Positions 1 through 7,569 of a DNA stretch of 64,000 nucleotides are shown here, piece by piece. A program made the position numbers and the translations under genes. The notes beneath the pieces were generated by a model, which was not told the origin of the DNA, ran no database searches, and was given only the letters and a program-made list of their open reading frames with translations. This stretch comes from an uncultured Nitrososphaerales archaeon (GTDB lineage: Archaea; Thermoproteota; Nitrososphaeria; Nitrososphaerales; Gagatemarchaeaceae): NCBI GenBank assembly GCA_963706445.1, contig OY970160.1:1280001-1344000 (forward strand). The letters are read 5' to 3'. Positions within the stretch are counted from its first letter, which is position 1; every line of letters starts with the position of its first letter.

Positions 1-466
1 CAGCCACAACCTATCCAACCAATTTCAATTCGAATGGGAGTATCACTGTGCTCCACCTATCGGTTCCGACCACTGCCTTGATTTGCATCGAATATTCCTT
101 CGACGCTCCGCTAAACTACACCTTCATCCTCGGCCTAATCCCAACGGCAGAAGGCGGGAATTGCTCTCTTTCCCATGTCTTGGGATTAACGCCTCGGGCT
201 CTCCGTCATCGGTTGACGTCACCAATCCGGGCAATCTGACTGTGACATACAGGATATCCGTCTCATCAAACGCGGCTCAAGGAATCTACTGGCTCCAAGT
301 TCGCAGTTGCGAGTGGGTCGTTATTGGCATAGGGGCGCTGCCTTCTAGCGTTAACCCTGCTCAAGCTTATCCAACTGGATGCTACGAAGCCCTGTTCGAG
401 CCTTCTTATTCATCGGTCATCGCTGTCACCAATGCGACGCTCACAAGCGTTCCCATAGAGGGATAG
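1..466 (+). pseudogene. Partial secreted/surface protein, frameshifted near 165
   Basis: Frame 3 (ATTYPTNFNSNGSITVL...GGNCS) continues plausibly into frame 2 (FPCLGINASGSPSSVDVTNPGNLTVTYRI...) across tgctctctttccc. Ser/Thr/Asn-rich with N-x-S/T sites. 5' end is outside the window. Confidence 0.55.
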
Positions 467-467
467 T

Positions 468-1007
468 ATGAGACAGGAAATCCTCGCAGTGATAATGGCG
501 ATCCTCGTAGTGGGGAGCTTGGGCGTAGGATACTTCGCTGGCAACAATAATCGCCAGACCATAACGACCACCGTCACTGTCAGCACCGTTCATACAACTT
601 CACTCTCCCGGAACAATGGAGATTGGGTCTTCTCGATTCGCTTGCAGAACTCTCTTCTTGCGTTCGGTCAGTATTTCGCTCTCTCATACAACCTGACGAA
701 CATCTCTGGTCAGCCTCAGACGGTTCACTTCGTCAATCCTCTGATTAATCCGGCCATCTATTCGACAAACGGCACCTTGGTATGGGCCTGGAATCCACCG
801 ACCTACAATGGCATAGAAACGATTCCCAACAAGGCAGGGAACTGGTCTTCCCCTCTAGACATTCCCGCTTCTGCTCTCTCGACTAGCCAGAAGTATGTGT
901 TGAGCGTATTTCCTTTGATAGGAGCAAACACGACCAGTGCGTTGGCGATAGGTGACTATTCGATTGGCGAATCCCTGATGATTAACACGACGATTGGCTT
1001 TTCGTGA
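468..1007 (+). CDS. Membrane-anchored secreted hypothetical protein
   Basis: N-terminal hydrophobic helix, Thr-rich linker, beta-rich ectodomain; starts 1 bp after the upstream stop. Confidence 0.75.
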   Translation: MRQEILAVIMAILVVGSLGVGYFAGNNNRQTITTTVTVSTVHTTSLSRNNGDWVFSIRLQNSLLAFGQYFALSYNLTNISGQPQTVHFVNPLINPAIYSTNGTLVWAWNPPTYNGIETIPNKAGNWSSPLDIPASALSTSQKYVLSVFPLIGANTTSALAIGDYSIGESLMINTTIGFS

Positions 1008-1110
1008 ATAGGAAACCTCAGATTAACCGATTGGCAGTCCAACCCCACCAAAATCGCTAGGCCGTTCTCACGAGTAGGCGTATATCCAACCGACCTCGTT
1101 CTAGATATCG

Positions 1111-1350
1111 ATGAGGGGGGCGACCAGTAGGGTCGGAACGTCATATGTGATGCTATTCACTTCAATGCTTGGCTTCCTAGTTGGCATGGGGCTCTTAGAT
1201 TATGGCTGGCCTCGGCCATGTGGGGGAGTTTCGTACTTTCCTTTCTACACCAACTGCGGTGTCTCCTATTGGGTTGACATCTTCGGCATCTTGATTATTG
1301 CAATATCAGTTGGGGTCATGGCCTACTCAATCAGAAATCATGCCCACTAG
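1111..1350 (+). CDS. Small two-TM hypothetical protein
   Basis: Two hydrophobic helices around a loop with two Cys; tatatc TATA-like element at about 1081. Confidence 0.6.
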   Translation: MRGATSRVGTSYVMLFTSMLGFLVGMGLLDYGWPRPCGGVSYFPFYTNCGVSYWVDIFGILIIAISVGVMAYSIRNHAH

Positions 1351-1369
1351 TTCCAAACCCACCAAAACC

Positions 1370-1398
1370 GACGGTTCAAATCCGGCCTGAACCCACCA
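1370..1398 (+). other. Degenerate tRNA 3' fragment (T-arm, acceptor strand, CCA); att-like scar
   Basis: gacgg-TTCAAAT-ccggc-ctgaaccc-a-CCA matches the archaeal tRNA T-loop and 3' end layout; no 5' half present. Confidence 0.6.
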
Positions 1399-1504
1399 TT
1401 CGATGTTTGGAATAGATGAAAGCCCCTAGGTAACACCAGCCCCTAGCCGGGCGGCACTTTTCTAGGGGCTTAAACAGCCAAACCAAACTAGAACCCGTAT
1501 GACA

Positions 1505-1530
1505 GCGAGCCCCGTCGGAATCGAACCCGT
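1505..1530 (-). other. Degenerate copy of the tRNA-Lys 3' end (att-like)
   Basis: 21/26 identical to 1753-1778, including 14 contiguous identical nt (ggaatcgaacccgt). Confidence 0.6.
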
Positions 1531-1588
1531 CGTCAACAGAAATACCGAGTTAGCATGGAATCCTAGCCGGGCTATTCATTCGGGCGAA

Positions 1589-1702
1589 TACCCGAATACC
1601 CCTAACGCATCCTACGCTCTAGAGGACCAGGGATGCGCTCTTTACGGCGGCTCGCTCTATTGCGTCGGCGGAGACAACCTCGACGACGATTTTCGCCTGT
1701 GA
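1589..1702 (+). pseudogene. Fragment of a kelch-like repeat gene
   Basis: YP...QGCALYGGSLYCVGG resembles a single kelch-type blade; ends in a stop right after. Confidence 0.4.
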
Positions 1703-1753
1703 TTAGGTTGGACGCGGAACCTCTTGCAACCCGGTCGGGTTTGGAACCAAGTG

Positions 1754-1861
1754 CGGGCCCGACGGGAATCGAACCCGTTTAGGGGCTTGCGCCGACCCTC
1801 GGGTTAAAAGCCCGATGCTCTACCTGAGTCCTCTCCATCTCTGGATCTAAGCTACGGGCCC
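1754..1861 (-). tRNA. tRNA-Lys(UUU) with two non-canonical introns (1828-1846 and 1779-1793); CCA not encoded
   Basis: Spliced product GGGCCCG TA GCTT AGTCAGGTA GAGC A TCGGG CTTTTAA CCCGA GGGTC ACGGG TTCGATT CCCGT CGGGCCC G folds as a complete cloverleaf; both inserts form BHB-type motifs with GNRA loops. Confidence 0.93.
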
Positions 1862-1905
1862 GCACCAAATCCGCGTCGGTTGCCGTATTTTACTCTGAAC
1901 CGCGG

Positions 1906-2766
1906 CTACTTCAAGAGCGTCCGGACAAGCTTGATGCTCTTCTCCATGGTTTTGAAGTCTTCGTAAGGCGTCTCCATGACGATGGGCTTCTCGTTGACCC
2001 GCGGATAGTGCAGGAACGCCCTTATCCCTGCTCTCCCGATTTTTCCTTCCCCAATGTCCTCATGCCTGTCGAGCTTGCTCCCCAGTGGGCCCTTTGAATC
2101 GTTCAGGTGGACGACCTTCAGCCTGTCGACCCCGATTATCTCTTCGAACAGCCCCATGGTGCCCTCGACCGCTTCCTCGTTCCTGAGGTCGAACCCTGCG
2201 GCGAAGACGTGACACGAGTCCAGACAGACGCCGACTCTGTCGGGGTGTTTCACCTTGTCGAGTATCCCCCTGATCTCCTCGAACCTCGCCCCTACGCAGT
2301 TCTTCTGCCCCGCCATGTTCTCTAGTAGGATTGTCGTCTCCCCGTCGCTCCCCGCGACCGCCTCATTGACCGCCCCTGCGATGTTCGCAATCCCCACCGC
2401 GGTCCCCTTCCCCAGGTGGCTGCCAAGATGGACCACCAGATAGTCCACCCCCAATGCGTCGCACCTCTTCGTCTCCTCGGCAAGTGTGTACCTGCTTATC
2501 TTCATGGTCGACCTTTCGGGGGAAGCTAGGTTCGGGAGGTATGGCATGTGGTCGACAATCCGCCTGAACCCGGACTTCTTCCTCTTCTCCCTGAAGAGCG
2601 CGACCGTCTCGTCGGCCAGGGGTTTGAACTTCCACTGGTTGGGGTTCCTGGTGAATATCTGGAACGTCGTCGCCCCTAGTTCCTGGGCCCTGTCGAATGC
2701 TAGATCAGGGGAACCTGCGGCAGAAACGTGCAGCCCCACCATGGGCTCTGTTGTCAATCGAATCAA
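1906..2766 (-). CDS. nfo: Endonuclease IV (AP endonuclease)
   Basis: G-H-S start, QIFTRNP, HMPYLPNLAS, LENMAG, CLDSCH, HLNDSK, DRHE, METP motifs. Confidence 0.95.
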   Translation of the reverse strand: MIRLTTEPMVGLHVSAAGSPDLAFDRAQELGATTFQIFTRNPNQWKFKPLADETVALFREKRKKSGFRRIVDHMPYLPNLASPERSTMKISRYTLAEETKRCDALGVDYLVVHLGSHLGKGTAVGIANIAGAVNEAVAGSDGETTILLENMAGQKNCVGARFEEIRGILDKVKHPDRVGVCLDSCHVFAAGFDLRNEEAVEGTMGLFEEIIGVDRLKVVHLNDSKGPLGSKLDRHEDIGEGKIGRAGIRAFLHYPRVNEKPIVMETPYEDFKTMEKSIKLVRTLLK

Positions 2767-2817
2767 AAGAGGCGGAGTGTGGGTTTATGAACCCACGCTC
2801 TCGATTTCGTTTCCTGC

Positions 2818-3234
2818 TTAGCGCTTCTTCGGCTTCGCCAGGGTCTTCTTGGTACCGGCGGCGCTCCTGACCGGGGCCGTCCTGCGGCGATAAGTCCTCG
2901 TGGGCTTCTTCGCCAGGGTCGGCGCTCCGAATGACGTCGTCGACGATGGTGCGTAGGTCAACGGTGCTGGGGCCGGCTGGACCGTCTCGTACATTGCCGG
3001 TGCCGGTGTTGGCTCTGGTGCAGGGGACGGAGCAGGCTCTGCCACGGCAGGTGCCTCCGTGGCTGGGACCTCTGTCACCTGCTCCGTCGTCGGAACGTAA
3101 GTGTCGATGGACGTCGTGATTGGAGCAGCTGCTGCCTTCTTCCGGGATCCAAGATAGCCCCTTGTTCCAGCATAGAGTACGGCGACTGAGCCAACTACTA
3201 CGCCAAGCAAGATTGTGGCTATTTCTAGGACCAT
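2818..3234 (-). CDS. Membrane-anchored Pro/Ala/Thr-rich protein with Lys/Arg-rich tail
   Basis: N-terminal TM helix, low-complexity linker, basic C-terminus. Confidence 0.7.
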   Translation of the reverse strand: MVLEIATILLGVVVGSVAVLYAGTRGYLGSRKKAAAAPITTSIDTYVPTTEQVTEVPATEAPAVAEPAPSPAPEPTPAPAMYETVQPAPAPLTYAPSSTTSFGAPTLAKKPTRTYRRRTAPVRSAAGTKKTLAKPKKR

Positions 3235-3417
3235 TGCTGACGTTGATACGGCCCGTCAGGGCTCTTCAGAGCCAGAGTCAAACACTATCAACAATCTCAT
3301 CAGGTTCATTCAACCAACTTCACGCCTTCTGGTCCCATGGTTGGTTTGGCCAACCCCCTGAGCCGAACGTCATCGGGAGAGAGGGTTAAAATCATCTAAA
3401 CCCCTCGATCGTCTGCT

Positions 3418-4206
3418 TTGAGCCTCGCCTCGGGCGTCAGCGCAAGGTTCGATCGGATTTCAGACGTCTACGACGAGACCAGAGAACCGCTTTCGGAAGA
3501 GGCCCTCGACCGGGTCGCCGAGATCTTTCGAAGGGACGGCATCAAACGAATCATCGAGGCAGGCGTGGGCACAGGGCGCGTCGCAATCCCCTTGCAGAAG
3601 AGGGGCTTCGACATCGCCGGCTTAGACCTCTCTGCAGGTATGCTGTCGAAGGCAAGGTCCAAGGGGGCCGACAATCTGGTCAGAGGCGACGCCAATAACC
3701 CTCCGTTCCGAAACAGGGCGTTCGACGCAGCGCTTCTCGCCCACGTGCTCCACCTGGTGGAAGACCCTTTCATGACATTCGAGAGGCTTTCGGCATGCGC
3801 GAAGAACGAGGTGGTTGTGTTACTTGCCCGGCCGTTGAGAAATCGCGAAAGCACCCCAGTAGAGAGGGAAGAGATCTTCAAGGTCTTCAGAGAGGCCGCT
3901 TCCGAGCTGGGGATTGACGGTGAGAAGCGGTGGGCAGCCCGCCGAGAAAGATTCGTGAAGCAGTACGAGTTTCTGGATCGGCACCCCCCCAGCGAGACGA
4001 TTACTGTGCAGGAAGTGGACGGCACCCGAACCCTGCGCGAGTACTTGTCATGGTACGAGAAGAGGGCTTTCGGCTTCGCCGACGATTTCCCGGAGGATGA
4101 GCTTTCCAGGGTCATCGAGCGCGTAAAACAGACGGTCGACCTTGACAAGGTGGTCCCATACCACAGGGTCGCCCAGATGCTGATCTGGCGAATGGCTAAG
4201 GAATGA
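3418..4206 (+). CDS. Class I SAM-dependent methyltransferase
   Basis: IEAGVGTGR, GLDLSAGML, GDANNPPF...FD motifs. Confidence 0.9.
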   Translation: MSLASGVSARFDRISDVYDETREPLSEEALDRVAEIFRRDGIKRIIEAGVGTGRVAIPLQKRGFDIAGLDLSAGMLSKARSKGADNLVRGDANNPPFRNRAFDAALLAHVLHLVEDPFMTFERLSACAKNEVVVLLARPLRNRESTPVEREEIFKVFREAASELGIDGEKRWAARRERFVKQYEFLDRHPPSETITVQEVDGTRTLREYLSWYEKRAFGFADDFPEDELSRVIERVKQTVDLDKVVPYHRVAQMLIWRMAKE

Positions 4207-4331
4207 TCCCAAGGCCAGAGGATTTCTTGCCGGGCAGATGACGCCCCGAGTGGGCTAGAGGACCGGAGGCGCTCTTGAGGCAGATGAGGCGTGTCGCTTA
4301 TATCTAACTTCGTTATAATGAAGGAGACGTA

Positions 4332-4709
4332 ATGCTCGCATTCAATTGGGATAAGATCTGTACGGAGATATTCAAGTTCGACAGGAGGGTGAGGTCCGCC
4401 ATAATCCTCGACAAGAACGGTCGCCACATAGCAGGAGGGATGAAGAAGGGCATACCCTCCCTGGAGCCTCAGAGCGAGGACATCAGGCTGATAGCGGGTG
4501 TAACCATCCAGATCAGCACGGACGCCACCTGGGACAGGTTCTTCGGGAGGAACCAGTACACGTTCCAGAAGAGAGAGAGGATCAACATAATCACCTTCTA
4601 CCTCGGCGACAAGCTCGTCCTCGTGGGGACCGAGCCTGACTTCACCCTTCAGCAGGCCCAAGACCTAAGGAATCAAATAGTAACTAACCACTCGCAGCTG
4701 GTAGCGTAA
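4332..4709 (+). CDS. Roadblock/profilin-like small protein (DUF6659-like)
   Basis: RVRSAIILDKNGRHIAGGMKKG pattern typical of thaumarchaeal roadblock-like proteins; AAGGAG RBS. Confidence 0.6.
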   Translation: MLAFNWDKICTEIFKFDRRVRSAIILDKNGRHIAGGMKKGIPSLEPQSEDIRLIAGVTIQISTDATWDRFFGRNQYTFQKRERINIITFYLGDKLVLVGTEPDFTLQQAQDLRNQIVTNHSQLVA

Positions 4710-4719
4710 AAGAAGAGAG

Positions 4720-4741
4720 CTAGGTCTCAGTTGAGACCTAG
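4720..4741. terminator. Perfect 10-bp inverted repeat between convergent genes
   Basis: CTAGGTCTCA-GT-TGAGACCTAG, followed on the minus strand by ctctcttctttt. Confidence 0.45.
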
Positions 4742-4906
4742 ATCGGGGAACTTCGCCTGGATTAATCCAAGCTCTCCCTGGAGGGTGCGGATGCGCTCGG
4801 CGTACTTCTTCATGTCGTCCACGTTCTTCTGGACTTTGGCGACTTTGTAACCGCGCCATGCCTTCTTCAGCGCTCCCCAACTTTGGCCCTTTGTGTATTG
4901 GCTCAT
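4727..4906 (-). CDS. 59-aa hypothetical protein, absent from the ORF track
   Basis: MSQYTKGQSWGALKKAWRGYKVAKVQKNVDDMKKYAERIRTLQGELGLIQAKFPDLGLN; ttatat TATA about 25 nt upstream; genome-typical codon usage. Confidence 0.8.
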   Translation of the reverse strand: MSQYTKGQSWGALKKAWRGYKVAKVQKNVDDMKKYAERIRTLQGELGLIQAKFPDLGLN

Positions 4907-4975
4907 GAAACAAGTCTATTCAATGAGACGATATAAGCCTTAGCGTCTCATGAAACGGTGCTTGGCTTCTGACAA

Positions 4976-5359
4976 TTATTTCACTTCGAAGGGGATTACG
5001 TTTCCGTTGTGGTCGTAGACTCCCAAGTTGTCCACAGTAGCATAGGGGTACCCCATGATCACCATGATCTTCCCGGTGGCATGGAGCAGGTCCTGCTGAG
5101 ACGGATGATGGTTCCCCGAGGGGTGAGAGTGAGCCACGCCGAGGTAGGAGAGGTCGATGGGGAGCATCCACCAGTTGAAGGATGAGAATGCCGCCCCATG
5201 GCTGGCCGCCGGAGGGACGACCAGCCCGGTGACCTCGACGACTCCTTTCTTCGTCTTCCCACGCATGAGCAGGATCCCCTCGTTCGGGTAGGCCATGGCC
5301 GAGTAGCTGAACAGGCTGTCCACGATGGTCTTCGGGAATATGACCCTCTGGGCTGGCAA
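4976..5359 (-). CDS. JAMM/MPN+ metalloprotease (Mov34/MPN/PAD-1)
   Basis: YPNE plus HSHPSGNHHPSQQD, matching E...HxHx7Sx2D. Confidence 0.9.
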   Translation of the reverse strand: MPAQRVIFPKTIVDSLFSYSAMAYPNEGILLMRGKTKKGVVEVTGLVVPPAASHGAAFSSFNWWMLPIDLSYLGVAHSHPSGNHHPSQQDLLHATGKIMVIMGYPYATVDNLGVYDHNGNVIPFEVK

Positions 5360-5362
5360 ACT

Positions 5363-5950
5363 TCAGCTCAGCATCCGGACGAAGTTCCCGACGACGGCGT
5401 CTCCTTCTGAGTGTTCCTTCGTGAAGCGTTCCGGGTGGAACTGGACCCCGTAGACCGTCCTCTTCGGGTGCTTCATAGCCGCGATTCTGCTGGCCTCGCT
5501 CCTGGCAAGCAGACTAAATCCGTCGGGGAGGCCATTGACGACTTCGTATCTCGATTCTAGGAGCATCAGGGACTTTGGGAGGCCGTCGAAGAGCGGATCC
5601 TTGGCGAGGACGGTTGTCGTCACCATTTCAAGCACGTGTCTGGTGTCTTTCACCACCTCCGCGCCGAAAGCGCTCGCCATCAGCTGATGGCCGAAGCAGA
5701 TTCCGAGAATCGGGACTTTTGAGCCGACGATGGCGTCGACCTCGGCTCGGAACTTGGTGGTGGTCCCCGGGTCCGTCAGCATGGCCGGCGATCCGCTGAG
5801 GACCACACCGTCGAACTCGTCGAACCTCCCCGGAGTCGCCTCATCCCATTCATCGGGGGTGACCTTCGCGCCGTTCCCTGCGACACAATTCTCGAGGCGC
5901 TCGACTCGCTCCCTCGATGGATAGTTGTTTACGACCAGGACTTTAGGCAA
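5363..5950 (-). CDS. Type 1 glutamine amidotransferase (GMP synthase A-like)
   Basis: VLSGSP, LGICFGHQ and GVQFHPE catalytic triad; probable TTG start at 5950. Confidence 0.88.
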   Translation of the reverse strand: MPKVLVVNNYPSRERVERLENCVAGNGAKVTPDEWDEATPGRFDEFDGVVLSGSPAMLTDPGTTTKFRAEVDAIVGSKVPILGICFGHQLMASAFGAEVVKDTRHVLEMVTTTVLAKDPLFDGLPKSLMLLESRYEVVNGLPDGFSLLARSEASRIAAMKHPKRTVYGVQFHPERFTKEHSEGDAVVGNFVRMLS

Positions 5951-6062
5951 TGGACCCCGCGGGCTTCCTTCATGATATGAACTTTCAATCAAACACCGTC
6001 CTACTCAGAACAGTTTAAATGGCGACCAAATTCCTTGGGCAAAAGGAGCAAGGAAAAAGAAA

Positions 6063-6812
6063 ATGTTTGCACCTTCGGCAGGATACGACAGGGCCATCAC
6101 GATATTTTCGCCAGATGGTAGGTTGTATCAGGTTGAATACGCACTCGAGACGGTAAGAAGGGGCAGCCTGGCGGTCGGCATCCAGACCAAGGACGGCATA
6201 GTGCTGGCCGTGGAAGAGAAGGCGAGGAAGCTCCAGAACGGGGACTCTGTCATTAAGATGTTCCAGATCGACGACCACGTCGGGGCCGTCGGGGCAGGAT
6301 ACATCCCGGACGCAAGGATACAGGTCGACAGCGCAAGGGTTCTCGCCCAGAGCAACAGGCTGATCTACGACGAGCCGGTCGACATCGAGGCCATCGCCAA
6401 GCGGATCGCGGACATGAACCAGCAGTACACCCAGTACGCGGGAGTCCGGCCCTTCGGGGTCTCTCTGATCATAGCTGGCGTCGACGAAGGCTCGGGACCG
6501 GTTGTCTACCTGGCTGACCCAACGGGGACCTACTCAGGGTTCAGGGCCATCGCCATCGGGCAGGGGAGCGACCAGGTCAACGACTATCTCGAGAAGAACT
6601 ACTCCAACGACGTAAGCATGGAGGCTGCCATTACACTGGCCATCGAATGCATCTATCTCGTCAGCGAGGACAAGACGGGGACGGCTCACATCAAGGTCGC
6701 CGTGGTCGACGCCGGGACCAAGAAGTGGAGGCGCCTAGTGGAGAGCGAGATAGCGAAGAGCGCATCTGGGGCCAAGACCAGGTCCGACAAGCCACCAGCC
6801 AAGAGCTCCTGA
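6063..6812 (+). CDS. psmA: Proteasome alpha subunit
   Basis: GYDRAITIFSPDGRLYQVEYA and RPFGVS signatures. Confidence 0.98.
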   Translation: MFAPSAGYDRAITIFSPDGRLYQVEYALETVRRGSLAVGIQTKDGIVLAVEEKARKLQNGDSVIKMFQIDDHVGAVGAGYIPDARIQVDSARVLAQSNRLIYDEPVDIEAIAKRIADMNQQYTQYAGVRPFGVSLIIAGVDEGSGPVVYLADPTGTYSGFRAIAIGQGSDQVNDYLEKNYSNDVSMEAAITLAIECIYLVSEDKTGTAHIKVAVVDAGTKKWRRLVESEIAKSASGAKTRSDKPPAKSS

Positions 6813-6827
6813 GCAGCGCTGGCTTAG

Positions 6828-7568
6828 ATGAGCGGGTCGTTCGGGCACGGGGGCGGGGATTTCAAGCCCAGGACACATGAGTCTTCGAGGTTCACCACAG
6901 TAAAACTCACCATCTCAGGGGAGCACTACGAGATACTTGTCAACCCGGACTCGGCCCTTGCTTTCAAGCAGGGGAGGAACGTCGAGCCCTCGGCGGTCAT
7001 AGCGGTTGACGAGGTGTATTCGGACTCGCGCAAAGGACTGAGGGCGAACAGCGAGAAGCTGAAGCTCCATTTCGGGACCGACGACCATTCCAAGGCGGCC
7101 CTGGAAGTTCTCAAACGCGGGGAGTTGAACCTCACCCAGGAGCAGAGGAAGAAGCTCACCGATGAGAAGAGAAGGGCGATAATCGCGGCAATCTCAAAGA
7201 ACTTCGTGGACCCGCGGACCCTCCTCCCTCACCCTCCCACGAGGATAGATCAGGCCATGCAAGAAGCGAGGGTGATCATCGACCCGTTCCAGGACCCTAA
7301 CGAGCAGATGAAAAGCGTCGTGGAGTCCCTGAGGACCATACTCCCCCTGAAATCGGAGAAGATCCGCCTCTCAGTGAGGGTGGCGGCCCAGTACTCGGGG
7401 CAAACCATAGGGGTCCTGAAGAACTACGGTGAGATAATCAAGGAAGACTGGCTGGCTGACGGGACCCTTTCAGCAATAGTAGAAATACCCGCTGGCGGAC
7501 AGGCCGGCCTGCTGGACCGCCTCGGTTCCACTACGAAGGGAGCGGCGCAGGTTACAGTGGTGAAATAA
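6828..7568 (+). CDS. Ribosome maturation factor SBDS/Sdo1
   Basis: GEHYEILV, FGT, VDPRT..PHPPTRI motifs; position in the exosome operon. Confidence 0.95.
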   Translation: MSGSFGHGGGDFKPRTHESSRFTTVKLTISGEHYEILVNPDSALAFKQGRNVEPSAVIAVDEVYSDSRKGLRANSEKLKLHFGTDDHSKAALEVLKRGELNLTQEQRKKLTDEKRRAIIAAISKNFVDPRTLLPHPPTRIDQAMQEARVIIDPFQDPNEQMKSVVESLRTILPLKSEKIRLSVRVAAQYSGQTIGVLKNYGEIIKEDWLADGTLSAIVEIPAGGQAGLLDRLGSTTKGAAQVTVVK

Positions 7569-7569
7569 A

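Larger units (their letters stand above)
1037..1747. repeat. Dispersed short motif GT(T)CCAA(A/C)C in both orientations
   Basis: Direct 17/19 pair at 1038-1056 and 1352-1370; perfect 11-bp inverted pair at 1350-1360 and 1737-1747; further inverted copies at 1405-1412 and 1706-1713. Confidence 0.55.

Noticed and set aside
1037-1400. Repeats as a CRISPR array
   Set aside because: Only 2-3 degenerate copies, about 300 bp irregular spacing containing an ORF, and no cas genes in the window.
1499-1702. 67-aa ORF as a real gene
   Set aside because: Its 5' part is an antisense tRNA remnant and its 3' part a lone kelch-like fragment; it appears to be a chimeric relic.
3260-3320. C/D-box sRNA on the minus strand (TGATGA...CTGA)
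   Set aside because: No convincing C' box, terminal stem or identifiable guide target.
4232-4290. Direct repeat gcagatgacgc / gcagatgaggc as a regulator site
   Set aside because: Two 11-nt copies only, compatible with chance; no supporting context.
3468-4661. 397-aa minus-strand ORF
   Set aside because: Antisense shadow of the methyltransferase and roadblock-like genes; no motifs.
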